Shown here: piece by piece, positions 15,080 to 29,156 of the stretch | Layout of the letters: each line of letters starts with the position of its first letter | Numbering within the stretch: the stretch's first letter is position 1 | Assembly (NCBI RefSeq): GCF_009914755.1 | Contig: NC_060934.1 | Source: the human T2T-CHM13v2.0 reference genome, Homo sapiens | Direction: 5' to 3' (one strand) | Length of the DNA: 64,000 nt | Made by a program: the position numbers and the translations under genes | Notes under the pieces: generated by a model | Seen by the model: only the letters and a program-made list of their open reading frames with translations | What the model was told of the DNA's origin: nothing | Databases searched by the model: none

Positions 15080-15420
15080 GCATTTCACCCTGCTCCAGGC
15101 AGCGTGGTCTGTATGGCTCCGCCCTGGGCAGGAGGAGAAAGAAGAGGGCCAGGCACCACGTGCCTGCACTCTCCCTGGATGCTGGAGGCTGCTCCGCCGT
15201 GGGCAGGAGGAGAAGGAAGAGAACTGGGTGCCGCCTGCCTGCACTCTCTCCGGATGCTGGAGGCTGGAGGCAGTGAGGCAGCAACAGCGCGAGGGCGAGG
15301 CGACTTTGGAGCTGCCTCATGCAGCGACCTCGCCTTCCGCTGCGCCTCCTCCCAGAACCCAAGAAGCCTGGAACCTGTGGCGTCCAGCCCTGAAAGGAGG
15401 AGACGGCAACCCAGCCGCGC
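15080..15420 (+). ncRNA. LINC00839: Putative first exon of a spliced lncRNA, probably LINC00839
   Basis: Lies downstream of TATA and ends at donor gc|GTGAGT (15421). Name inferred from recalled position next to ZNF37BP, not from a sequence match. TSS approximate. Confidence 0.55.
15117..15266 (+). repeat. 2 x 75-bp tandem repeat within exon 1
   Basis: ctccgccctgggcaggaggagaa...gatgctggaggctg at 15117-15191 and 15192-15266. Confidence 0.9.
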
Positions 15421-16802
15421 GTGAGTCCGGGAGTCTGGGATACCGGCGGCAGAGGAAGGACAGGCAGGAGTCTCGGCCTCCCGGGGAGCGACGTGCCGGG
15501 AAAGGCAGGAGGGCCCCAGCGGTGGGGGCGGGGGTTGCGCGCCGGGGAGGGCGGCCTCAGGCTGGGAGCCTGGCAGATCGTCTGACTCTCCCCGAGCCCC
15601 ATCCCAGGCCGAGCCAGGACCCCTCTGATGCACAGGCGTCTCAGGAGCCCGTTTCTTTCTTGAATCCGGGGCCCAGTGCGGCTTGAACCTAGCCCCCGAC
15701 CTCCTCCTCGCCCTCTCAGAGTCCGCTGGGGTGGGCGCTGAAGGAGCCCGGGTCGGAGAGGAGCCCTCCCCTTCTCTCCTGCGTGGAAGCCCTGCAGCCT
15801 CCGTTTCTTTTGGGACTGGGGTCCGGGGCCTTCTGCCTGACCCGGGGTGAGAAAGGGAGCCCTGATCAGGACCCGGTGAGAGGGCGCTGGAGCCCGGGAG
15901 CGGCAGGAGCCTTGAGCGGCAGCCCGGGAAGAGGATGGGGTCACCTTCTGCCCCAGGTCCCCCACTGCCAGGATCTCTGTCACCTTCTGGGGGTCCTGTC
16001 CCCTGGGGTCCCACCCTCCGGGCTGCCTGTGGGTATCTCTCATCTGGAACTGGAAATAACCCTCTTCATAGTACGGCTTAGCAAATATTTATTCGCCCAT
16101 GCACCCCCCTTTTTTTTCCTTCATAGTGTTCTTTTTGTCTTGGATCATTTGTGTTTTTCCTACATTGATGTGAAGCATTTTTAAAGACACTTTAGAGATT
16201 AGTCCTTTATTGGTTCATTTCTATTGTAGGTTGTTGTTTCCTACTCTGGTCTTTGTTGTTTAATTTCAGTTTTAATTTCTTGCTTGGTTTAGTTCATGTA
16301 ACAATATTTTTCTTAGAATATTTGTATCTGTGTTTGTGAAACAGAACATCTATTATTTCTGGGTTTTTTATTGTCTGATCAGATTGTGTATTAATGTAAT
16401 GCTGGCTTCTCGAAACAAATTGAAAAACCATCCCTTTCGTCTTTCTCTTTGAGAGAGAGTGAGCAGTGTCAATATTTTTTTCTTCCTTAAATATTTGGAA
16501 CATTTTCAAAGTCTGATCCTGGTGTTTTCCTTGTGGAGCATTATTGTTGATTTGTTGGATTTTTAAAATTAGTTAGTTAATTTTGTTTAATATATATAGG
16601 AGTGTTCTTATTTTATGCTATTTTTGTGCCAGTTTTAGTAAGTTGGGTTTTCAGCATCTGTTGCGATCTCTGTTGTCAGACTTTTGATCATATGTATTTC
16701 ACAAAATTCTCTGATTATCTTGTTATAATACTGTTATGTAGAGTTGTTGTTTTGATTCTGATACTGGTCACTTGTGTTCTTTCATCTTTTTTCCTTAATC
16801 AG

Positions 16803-16984
16803 TTTTGCCTGCACTCTCCCTGGATGCTGGAGGCTGGAGGCAGTGACGCAGCAACAGCGCGAGGCGACTTTGGAGCGGCCTCATATAGCGACCTCGCCTT
16901 CCGCTGCGCGTCCTCCCAGAGCCCAAGAAGCCCGGAACCTGTGGCATCCATCTCTGAAAGGAGAAGACGGCAACCCAGCCGAGG
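16803..16984 (+). other. Candidate cassette exon derived from a copy of the exon 1 3' part
   Basis: Acceptor ctttcatcttttttccttaatcAG (16801-16802) and donor gagg|GTGAGT (16985); 16806-17052 is a near copy of 15236-15488. Confidence 0.65.
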
Positions 16985-17332
16985 GTGAGTCCGGGAGTCT
17001 GGGGTGCCGGCAGCGGAGGAAGGACAAGCAGGAGTCTCGGCCTCCCGGGGAGAATTTCACAAAATTCTCTGATTATCTTGTTATAATACTGTTACGTAGG
17101 CTGTTGTTTTGATTCTGATACTGGTCTCTTGTGTTCTTTAATCTTTTTTCCTTAATCAGTTTTGCTAGTGGTTTATTAACTATGTTGTTTATAAAAACAA
17201 CTTTTAGCCTTGGTTTATTTGTGTTATGTTTTTTTTTCCATTTCATTGATGTTTGTTATCTTTATTATTGCCTTCATCCTGTATTCTTTGCACTTGATTT
17301 TTCTTTCTTGATTCTTGAGAAAAAAGTTGAGG

Positions 17333-17732
<400 letters not shown>

Positions 17733-19772
17733 TTACTTTTCTTCATATACTCTTCTTATTTTGTTGATTTATCTTTAGGGATTTTTTTCCTTATGTTAAA
17801 TTGAAGGACTTATTGTTAAAATCTGTAAGTTAGCCCTTTATTGGCTTATTTTTGTCATAGGTTCTTGTTCTCTAGTTTGATTTTTGTTGTTTCATTTCTT
17901 TGTGTTCATAGTTGTATATAGTAATCTGGTTGATAATGATCTTGTATGCAGTAGCTTTGCTTAATTTATTTATTAATTGTAACACTTTATGTCATGTTAG
18001 GCTGTGCTGAGTGCTTCTGGGAGCAGCCAGGTTTCCATGAACTCCCAGTTTACTCTAAATACTCTAGCAGCCCACATGTGCACACACTGGATAATGGTCA
18101 TGCATGTAGAGCAATGATGCTGGGGAGGCACCGACTCTGTCATTCTGTGAATCCACCGCACAATCACAAACATTAGCATTAAAATAAAATGGACTGTTAG
18201 GCAACTGCAAAGGACTAATGCACCTATGTGGCACAAATGTGTCTTTCCGTATTCAAAGTACTTGTAAGAGCTTCAAGTTCCTCATACTCAGCCACTGACC
18301 TCAGGGTTCTTGGTACACAGGCATACATGTGCAGACACACATACAGGCACACATATACACATGAATGCACATATGTGCACACATATTTACAGGCACATGC
18401 AGATGTGCACACACAGACCTGGGTGAGAAAGTCAGATGTACATGGAACAGCCCCTGCTTTGTAAGCTGTCTGGCTTTGTAGGGAGAAAGAGGTGAAACAA
18501 CACACTTGTTATCTTGGAAGAGGAGATGAAGGGAGCTGAGCTGGATATGTCCAGTGGGGAGAAAGCCAGGAGCCACTCCACCGAAAATCGAGGTCTCCAC
18601 ATGGATGATACCCACAAAACATTGGCAGGAAGGACACAGCCAGCACCACATCAGTGGTGACTTTCATGAGTGTCAACTGTGGCCATCCAAATTAAAGGCC
18701 TGGCAATGGGATAAGTTAGCAACTGAACTTTCTGTATGTTACCTTATTAACTTTCTGTATATTAGCTTATTAACTTTCTGCAATCAAATGCTGATTAAGC
18801 ATTTTCTGAGCCAAAAGCTTTGTGTAATTTGAATCTAGTGAAAAAATGTTATGCGTTTAACACTATAACTTGAGATCTAAAAACAAAAAAACAATTGCAT
18901 AAGAATTGGTCAGATACCTTGTCTTTGAAACATACTGAAGTCTTCAAAATTAATCTGATAGCTCTGCAGTTGGTATGTGGCATAAGAAAATATTTGGCAT
19001 GAAGGGGAGTAACACACCACATGAATTCATTCATTATGAAGAAATTCATTATGAATATATGTGGGCAAATTATTAACAACCCTCCCAAAAGCAGAAAGCT
19101 CAGACTCAGGAAGATCCATTTAAATGGAGTGATTTGGGAGATGATTTCAAGCGCAACTCTGCATTGACTCAGCATTTATTAAGTCATACAGCAGGCTACT
19201 GGAGGCCTCACTGCAGCCTGGGCTGGTATTCAGTGTCCTCCTCCTTCCTTCTCAGTAGACTTCTTTGGCCTTGATAATAATACGTGTTAACAAACACAAA
19301 TCTCAAAATACACATAATGTTTCTTCCCCCACAAGCCAGGGTATCAGCTCTGCAAATCAGATGACCCCAAGGTCAGTGGGGTTGACCAGGGACACCATTC
19401 TGCATTCCTCCTCAGCTTCCAGATCCTGAGGAGCTCTGGGGCCTTCCTTCTGGACAGGGAACATGTCTGCCTGGCTTCCTCAGCCAGGTACGGGAGGCTT
19501 TGGGGACCTGTGTCTGTCTCTGGGAAGGAGGAAGGAGCCTGTGGCATCTTCCTTAAGCAAAAGCACATCCAGCCCATGGCCAAACTTCAGAGTGGGGCGA
19601 GGGGCCCAGCACAGCTCCTCCGTTCCTGCAGCAGAGCCCAGAAAACACATCTGATGTTGTGGCTGCCTCAAACCTACAAACACCATGGGTTTGAAGTGTC
19701 CTGTTGACATGGCCATGGCCACTTTCCCCGTGGACCGTGGCAAGTTTTTGTTTTTGGTTTTTGTTGTTTGTT

Positions 19773-19920
19773 TGAGACAAGGTCTCACTTTGTGGCCCAG
19801 GCTAGAGTGCAGTGGTGCAAACTCGGCTCATTACAGCCTCCACCTCCTGGGCTCAAGCAATCCTTCCACCTCAGCCTCCCAAAGTGCTAGAATTCCGGGC
19901 TTGAGCCACCGTGCCAGGCC
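19773..19920 (-). mobile_element. Short antisense Alu (monomer-sized)
   Basis: tgagacaaggtctcac...cctcccaaagtgctag...gagccaccgtgccaggcc. Confidence 0.8.
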
Positions 19921-20425
19921 TTGTGTAGAAGTATTATACATTATCTTTAAAATGTAGTTTAGTGCTAATAATCTAAAATTGTGTTGCCATTTACTATTAA
20001 TATGCCCTTTGTGGTGCATCTAATAAAATGCTTTGCTTCATAACCTGAAACAAAAAAACTTTCACTATATTTACTTGATCAGATCAACAACTATAGAAGT
20101 CTTAGAATAATGATATTCTTACTCAAAAGAAAAGCAACAACTCATCTTTAATGAAACTGTTTCTGTGTTTTATTAGTGGTTGAGAAATAACACATTCCTT
20201 CAGCAGTGGCAGCAGTCAGATACCATATGAATTTTTTATTTTTTTTTACTTTGATAAATCCTGAGGCTCTGTTGAGGAAGAAGCTTCCACAGTAGGCCCT
20301 AGGAGAGCTGCAGCCACCATGTCCACACTGTGTTATGCACAAATGGGAATGTAGTTTCCCAGAGAAAACAACTTCTGTGGGTAGATTTGTGATCGAAGTT
20401 TGTGAATAGCTTTAAAAAATCCTTA

Positions 20426-21043
<618 letters not shown>

Positions 21044-21278
21044 TCCTCAGGAAGATTATTTACTTATAATCTCCTCCTTCCTTAATTAGCAGTCTCAGCA
21101 TTTCTGCAATAACCAAGTCTCAGCATCCAGTGAAGCAGCCTGCAACATGCGGGAGCTCAGGGCATTGCCACTGCACATGGGGCACCTGGTGGGACTTTGG
21201 CAAGGATTTTGTCATTAACACTGAGCAAAACTCTACGAAGACAGAGGCATTCTTTTAGATTAAAAACTAACAACATAA

Positions 21279-21552
21279 GGCGGGACATGGTGGCTCACGC
21301 TTGTAATCCCAACACTTCGGGAGGTCAAGGGGGACAGATCACTTGAGCTGAGGAGCTCAACACCATCCTGGACAACATGGCGAAACCCGTCTCTACTAAA
21401 AATACAAAAATTAGCTGAGCGTCATGGTGCACACCTATAATCCCAGCTATTCAGGAGGCTGAGGTGGGAGAATCGCTTGAACCCAAGAGCAGAGGTAGCA
21501 GTGAGCTGAGATTGTGCCACCACACTCCAGCCTGGGCAACAGAGTGAGACGC
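21279..21552 (+). mobile_element. Alu
   Basis: Both Alu arms, tail absent. Confidence 0.88.
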
Positions 21553-21639
21553 TTACAGAAAATCTTTAATTTCTATAGAAAATCTTCAGTCTTCTATAGA
21601 AGAAAATTAAATATTACAAAATTGAAGATTAGAAAATTA

Positions 21640-22010
<371 letters not shown>

Positions 22011-23378
22011 ATGATTGATTCCATAGAGAAACAGGTATTTATCAATCTTCTTGATTCTGGTGCTCATCACAAGGCTGCAAGTTACTCAGTTCCACCGTCT
22101 TTTGCATCTGTGGTTGTGTTTGAAAGGAATGGCCTGAATCATGCACCTCATAACTCACAGAGTGGCCCCATGCCTTCCAGTTTTCTTTTTTTTTCACTGA
22201 GGTTCTGAATTACCCATGTAGTTTAAGGAGTTTTGTTGTTCTTCACAATTCTGTCTGTGGCTAATCTTATGTCCATGGGATTCATTTGAGTCTGGAACAT
22301 GTCCCAGATGGCAAGATGCAGCATGCCATGATATTTTCAAAATCCATGAACATGGTTGTTTGGCAGTTCCACAGTAAATATGTATTTGGAGCCTTAAGCT
22401 ATTTCTTTCATGATATATGCTCAGGTACTGATAGCGACACTGTTGAATTCTACTTGAGCCCTGAGGCACTGGGAAACTGTGATGGTTAAAGAAATCCCCA
22501 CCTTGTGTTCCTGCCTTACCGCAAAGAATTCCCCTTCCCCGTTGACTTAGCTAAGACTCACGGATCCCCCTCAAAGGATGTCCCACCTATGACAAGGTCA
22601 GACACAGACCCCCCCAAATGCTGTCCTTGTTTCATGAAAGTTTAGCTGAACTGCTTGTCCCCACAGATTCATCAGGATATAATGCTAATTAACTCAGCTT
22701 TGATATGGGCTTTACCATGTCCTTCAGGACCTGCTTATTAGTTAGAGACCCCTTGGACTGCATAACTTCTTCAAAGACATTTTATTTTATGCTTAATCAT
22801 ATAGAAATATAATGATTTGATAGATTAACCAATGTGGTTTTCCTCCCTTGTTCTCCAGTTTCCCACTATTTCTCTCCCATTTAGTCTAAACCTTGGCATC
22901 TCCTCTTTCAAAGGGGAAGTTTTAACAAAAGGACAAAGAGAAAGAAAAGAGTAGACACTCACATTTTGAATTTTAATAAACTTGGAAGAATGATGACACA
23001 AGAGTGAGTTTGTCCCATCCCAGAGCAGATGAGGAGCTTCTGAATGAGAGTGGGGGAAGGGATTGTGCTGTTGACACTCGATGGCAATTACACTGATGCA
23101 GACAGGGACCTTGAGTGGTGGGGGGCTGAGAGTGCTGAGTGCACCTCCCCGGGCAGACAAGAAGAAACTTGCAAGTGCAGGCACAAGATGAGGAATCACA
23201 GTGAAACTTACCACAACATTCAGCCTCTATTCAGGAGATACTTCACAACACTTGCCAGGTACTTTTCTAGGCACTGGACATACCGCAAATAATAAAGCCA
23301 TAAAAAAAATTATGTCCCTGTGGAACTTGCAATTTTGTGCAGAAGAGTAAATAGTTCACTAAAGAACTAAGCACAACT

Positions 23379-23683
23379 GGCCATGCATGGTGGCTCACAC
23401 CTGTAATCCCAGCACTTAGGGAGGCTGAATTGGGTGAATCATGAGGTCAGTAGATCAAGACCATCCTGGCTACCATGGTGAAACCCCGTCTCTACTAAAA
23501 AATACAAAAAAATTAGCTGGGCGTGGTGGCGGGCACATGTAGTCCCAGCTACTCAGGAGGCTGAGGCAGGAGAACGGCGTGAATCTGGGAGGCAGAGCTT
23601 GCAGTGAGCCGAGATCACAACACTGCACTCCAGCCTGGGCGACAGAGTGAGACTTCGTCCAAAAAAAAAAAAAAAAAAAAAAA
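23379..23683 (+). mobile_element. AluY-like
   Basis: agatcaagaccatcctggc and ggcgtgaatctgggaggcagagcttgc diagnostics; TSD aagcacaac. Confidence 0.9.
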
Positions 23684-24097
23684 TAGAAAAGCACAACCAT
23701 ACAATGTGGGAAGGTGTCAAAAGTTATGGAACAAAATGAAGGAAAGGGGATAGGGACTGCTGAGGGGTGGGCTACAATCTGAATTGGGGGTTAGGAGGGG
23801 ATGGAGTGAGAATGTTCTATTTGATCACAGCCTTGATTCATGTGAGAGATCCTGGAGGAGAAAGTGGGCAAAAGCCGCCCAAGTGGCTGTAGCAGGCTGG
23901 GTGCTGCATTACATAGGGCACATTAAGTGAAATGTGATGGCTATTTTGTGTAATCCTTTAAAATCCCAATAGAAATAGGACTTTGTGGGAGGACTACATT
24001 TTGAAATAATTATTTTCAAAAATAGTTATTTCAAAAAAAGCACAGCAGTTGCATCCTATTGAATAGTGGGAACACTGGATGATAAGTTAAAGTATCA

Positions 24098-24437
<340 letters not shown>

Positions 24438-26011
24438 TTAAAAAAATTTGAAAGTCCCAGAAATGTGGCAAGACAAACAACCCTATTAATGGCCCTAATG
24501 AAGCCCTATAGATTTCTCAGAGGATCCTCCATGTGTTAGAACCATACCTAGGGCTGCAGCTGGCTAAGACATTCTCCATCAGCCTCTGGGATCAAAGGCG
24601 GGGTGTGGAGGTTGTCTGGATGGGACCATGAGCCTCCCTCTCAGTAAAACACAAGCACAAGGGCGACATCCCTCTTGGTTTTTCGTAATGTAGGAACACA
24701 GGCAGAGCTTAGTGTTCTCAGAGCCTCTGAGATCCCGGGCAAAGCGTTTGGTAAGATGCTGCAGATATTTCCTTCTAAAAATAAAAACTCCCTTGGTAAA
24801 TGCTCAGGCATCTCAATGGCCACACCAGCCCTCATATGTGTACCCAACTCCCTTCATTTGCCTCTGTTCCCACTGAAATTTTCCATGTGAAATCTGGGAA
24901 GGGATGGGACAGCTTGCATAACTTAGTTGATGACTCTCCCACAATCTTATAGACTTCACTAATCTTTGAGGCTCTTCACTGACTCATGTGACAAAGTCAC
25001 TTAATTCTGTAAATTTGGGCCAGTTCATTTTGCTAGCTCTCAGTTTGCTCATCTGTATGCAAGAAGTTTAGTGTAGGTAAACCAAGGACGCCAATATGCC
25101 TGTCTCTCCAGAAGGTCAATAACAGAAAATCTGAGCTGGGGGGTGCAGTTCCAAGTCCCAATTCCATGCCTCAAAGATCAGCTGGTTGTCTTTATTCATC
25201 ACCAGGCACACATCTCCTTGATACTCTCAATATCTAGGCATAAAATGTGACAAGACAGATTATCTCTGTGTTATTTTTTTCTCCATCCCTCATCACTTGT
25301 ATTTCCTTAACTCATTGAAATCAGTTTTCCACATTTTTTGAAGGAGAGTCTTTTGGCAAAGATGTGAATTATCTACAAGCAGCTGAGAGAAATGGCTACT
25401 GCCCTCAGTGTGCTGGTTGTAAGTTTCCAAGTGATGAATAAAAGATTTCCTAAGGCATCAGTTTCCGTGATGGTGTGTTCTTTTTTTTCTCTTGGGCACA
25501 AGGGAATGAGCAGAGCAGGTACACCTCTGGGTTTGTTTTGTTTGTTTTTAGCTTATGTACAAAATCAAGCTCTGTTTTTCATTGAAATATCTTTTTTTCT
25601 TGTATCAGAGAAGAGTTGTAAAAGACTCATTGTGGGTTCAGGGAAGAATGTTTTAACATGCAAGGAAATGTTGCAAAATTGGAAAGAGGACATAATTCCA
25701 CAAAACTAAATACAACTGGGGGAATTTTTAGGATACTCTGAGTTAATCTTATTATTTGCATCCTGCTAACCCCAATCAAATAATAATTTAGAATTGTTTA
25801 ATTTACTAAACTGCACATTCAATTGACTAAACTGTAGAGGATGAGCAAGTGTCAACAATAATTACCCTCCTTATGGGCTAACACAACAGGCTCCAGTGAG
25901 TCATAATACACACATTCAGAGGTGGTCCAATGCAGTCCCACCATAGAAATCCTTCCCATGCTTAGCCACTGTTGTCATTAATCTCTCCAAACTCAAACCA
26001 TGGTTCAAACA

Positions 26012-26069
26012 CAGTTGTCCCTTGGTATCCAGAGGATTGGTTCCAGGACCCACTTTGGACACCCAAATC
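26012..26069. mobile_element. Left part of a Tigger-type MITE (MER8/MER2-like) split by provirus 1
   Basis: cagttgtcccttggtatccagaggattggttccaggaccc; element resumes at 34155. Confidence 0.75.
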
Positions 26070-26566
26070 TGCTGGGAACAGGCCCTAAGCCTGTCATAAA
26101 CAGGCCTTAAAGAAACTGGCCATAAACAGGATTTCTGCAGTAATGTGACGTGCTCATGATGGCTATGACACACACTGCTAGAAGATATTGGTTTATTGGA
26201 GCAGGGCAAGGAACACCTGGCCTACCCAGAGTGGAAAACTGCTCAAACCACAAACAACAGCATGAGCGGCCTGTTCCATAACAACATGTTTTTGCTGCAG
26301 ATGATCATCCAGGGACTGTTTCTCTGCTCCTCACTAAGAATGTTTGTTTCCTGTAAAGAATGCTTTTAGCTAATCTATAACCTATAGAAACAATGCTTAT
26401 CACTGGCTTATTGTCAATAAATATGTGGGTCAAACTCTGTTCGTGGCTCTCAGCTCTGAAGGCTGTTATCCCCCTGATTCCCACTTTGCACTTTATTTCT
26501 GTGTGTTTGTCTTCATTCCTCTAGCACTACTGGGTTGGGGTCTCCACGACCGAGCTGGTCTCATCA
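26070..26566 (+). repeat. 5' LTR of provirus 1 (MER9 family, distinct subtype, possibly MER9B)
   Basis: tgctgggaacaggccc...gagctggtctcatca; homologous to 33655-34148. Confidence 0.92.
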
Positions 26567-26568
26567 AG

Positions 26569-26586
26569 TGGCGTCCAACAAGGGGC
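26569..26586 (+). other. tRNA-Lys primer binding site
   Basis: tggcgtccaacaaggggc versus TGGCGCCCAACGTGGGGC (3 mismatches). Confidence 0.85.
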
Positions 26587-26710
26587 TCAAACCCGGGTTG
26601 AGGGGTTGCTGGAGCGACGGAGAACGTGGAACTACACTGGAGGACACCAGAGTACTCTTAAGCAATCCCTTGGTAAGTAAGACGGGGAGCTTGGAAGCAT
26701 CAGGGTAACA

Positions 26711-28290
26711 ATGGGACAAGGGTCGAGCAGGCATGAGTCTTATTTGAGTCTGTTTTGGCAGCTCCTCAGAAAAGGGGGAAGGAAGGTTAGTACTAGCCGA
26801 CTTATGCAGCTTTGTAGTGTGGTAGAGAAATATTGCCCCTGGTTTCTGGACCAAGGAACTATGAATATAGAGATCTGGGAAAAGGTAGCCAGAGCACTGA
26901 AAAAGGCATATAGGGATGGTGCTGAGGATATTCCTATAAATATCTGGTCAGTGTGGGCTCTGGTTCATCCCACCTTGGAGCCTTTCCACACAGATCATGA
27001 TGAGGAGGAATCAGAGGAAGAAGGAGAGTATAATGAAGTAACAGAAGAGGTGACAGAGCAGTTTTGCTTGCCAGCTAAAGCAGCAAAGGAGGGAGGTTTG
27101 TCCCTCCCCCTCTGTACCCCCTCATCATTTTGAAGAAAAAGAGTGGCCTGACCCTCCGAATCTTTCTTTTCTGGAGGACACTGGGCGAAAAGTAGTTGCC
27201 TCAGTGACTGTTCAAGCAGCACCTCAAGCGACCACTCTCAGTTCAATTCAGGCATGGATCCAGCAAGCTGGATGAGAGGGTGATATGGATGCTTGGCAGT
27301 TCCCTGTTAGAATACACCCACCTGATCAACAGGGGAATATTATAGCTATGTTTGAGGCTTTTCCTTTTAAAATACTTAAAGAATTTAAACATGCTATTAA
27401 TCAATATGGACCAGGTTCTCCTTTTGTAATGGGACTGTTAAGGAATGTTGCTGTCTCTAGTCAGATGATTCCTACTGACTGGGATGCTTTTACTCGAGCT
27501 AGTCTGACTCTGGCTCAGTTCTTACAATTTAAAACTTGGTGGGCAGATGAAGCTTCCATTCAGTCTGCTCGCAACACCAAGGCCCAACCTCAAATTAATA
27601 TAACTGCAGACCAACTTTTGGGGGTTTGTGGCTGGGCTTGTTTAGATAGATGCACAAGTGGCCATGCAGGATGATGCCATAGAGCAGCTTAGAGGAGTGT
27701 GCATTAGAGGTTGGGAAAAAAATCACTTCAGGAGGAGAACAATACCCTTCTTTTAGTGCTGTCAAGCAGGGGCCTAAAGAACCTTATGCAGATTTTATAG
27801 CCAGGTTACAGAAATCTCTTAAAAAGGTAATTACAGATTCGCCTGCTAAGGATATAGTGTTTTGGTTATTAGCTTTCGACAATGCCAATCCTGAGTGCCA
27901 AGCTGCTCTGTGACCTATTAGAGGAAAAGCACATTTGGTTGACTATATTAAAGCTTGTGATGGTATCGTAGGTAATCTGCATAAAGCTACTCTGCTGGCC
28001 CAGGCAATGGCAAGAATGAGAGTGGGCAAAGGAAATACTCCATTTCCTGGAGTTTGTTGTGGGAAGCATGGTCATACTAAGAAAGAATGTAGAAAAAAAT
28101 CAGTGAGTCAGACTGCCAGTTGGGGGAAAATAGAAAACTGCTGAGCCTGAAATATGTCGAAAATGCAAAAAACGAAAACACTGGGCTAATCAGTGTCAGT
28201 CTAAGTTTGAGACAGATGGGAACCTGATTTTGGGAAATGCCATGAGGTGCCTGTCCCAGGCCCCATTCCAAACCAGGGAATTTCCAGCTC
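26711..28290 (+). pseudogene. gag: HML-3 gag (MA-CA-NC), frameshifted with stops
   Basis: MGQGSSRHESYLSL...YCPWFLDQGTM matrix; MHR KQGPKEPYADF; zinc-knuckle remnants CGKHGHTKKEC. Confidence 0.9.
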
Positions 28291-29156
28291 AGGCCACTCC
28301 CTCACCCCGTACAATGCCTGTCCCCCGCCACAGCCAGTAGTGCCACAGTAGATTTATGCTGCACAAAAGCTGTGAGCCTTCTGCATGGGGAACCCCCACA
28401 AAAAGTGCCAACAGGAGTCTGTGGACCCTTGCCAGCAGGGACGGTAGGATTACTTCTAGGTAGTTCTAGTTTAAATTTAAAAGTAGTGCAAGTACATACA
28501 GGAGTCATTAATTCAGGTTACAATGGGGAAATACAAATTGTTATATCTACTTCTGTTCTCTGGAAAGCAGAGCCAGGAGAGCATATAGCACAGCTCCTGG
28601 TTGTGCTGTATGTGGAAGTGGGGAAAAGTGAAACTAAATGTACAGGAGGATTTTGAAGCACAAATAAATAAACCAAAGCAGCTTATTGGGTGAATCAAAT
28701 TACTGGTAAACATCCTACCTGTGAAATAACTATTCAGGGCAAAAAATTTAAAGGATTGTTAGATACACGATCAGACATTTCAATCATTTCTCTACAGCAC
28801 TGGCCGTCTACATGGCCAATTCAACCCACTCGATTTAACACAGTTGAAGTTGGTAAAGCCTCTGAAGTATATCAAAGCAGTGATATTTTGCATCATGAAG
28901 GACTCGATGGACAATCTGGGACTATTCAACCAATTGTAACTTCTGTACCTGTAAATTTATGGGGAAGAGATTTATTACAGCAATGGGGAGCACAAATGTT
29001 AATTCCAGAACAATTATATAGCTCTCAGAGTCAGCATATGATGCAAGAGATGGTGTATGTGCCTGGCATGGGATTAAGAAAAAATTTACAAGGGTTAAAG
29101 AAACCCCTTCAAGTGAAAGGACAGAATTCTCATCAGAGTTAGGATATCATTTTTGA
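28240..29156 (+). pseudogene. pro: HML-3 dUTPase-protease, disrupted
   Basis: GLLLGSSSL...GVINSGYNGEI dUTPase motifs; protease LLDTRSD (mutated DTGAD), NLWGRDLL; G-patch-like end. Confidence 0.9.

Larger units (their letters stand above)
14700..16040. promoter_or_regulatory. CpG-rich island spanning promoter, exon 1 and start of intron 1
   Basis: Abrupt GC and CpG enrichment relative to AT-rich flanks (visual estimate, not computed). Confidence 0.8.

Noticed and set aside
15075-16043. 322-aa and 309-aa minus-strand ORFs, and the 205-aa plus ORF at 15069
   Set aside because: Overlapping low-complexity P/G/R/A-rich frames typical of stop-poor CpG islands; no recognisable domain
18224-18651. 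Cys/Val- and His/Thr-rich ORFs
   Set aside because: Products of a degenerate (CA/TA) low-complexity tract
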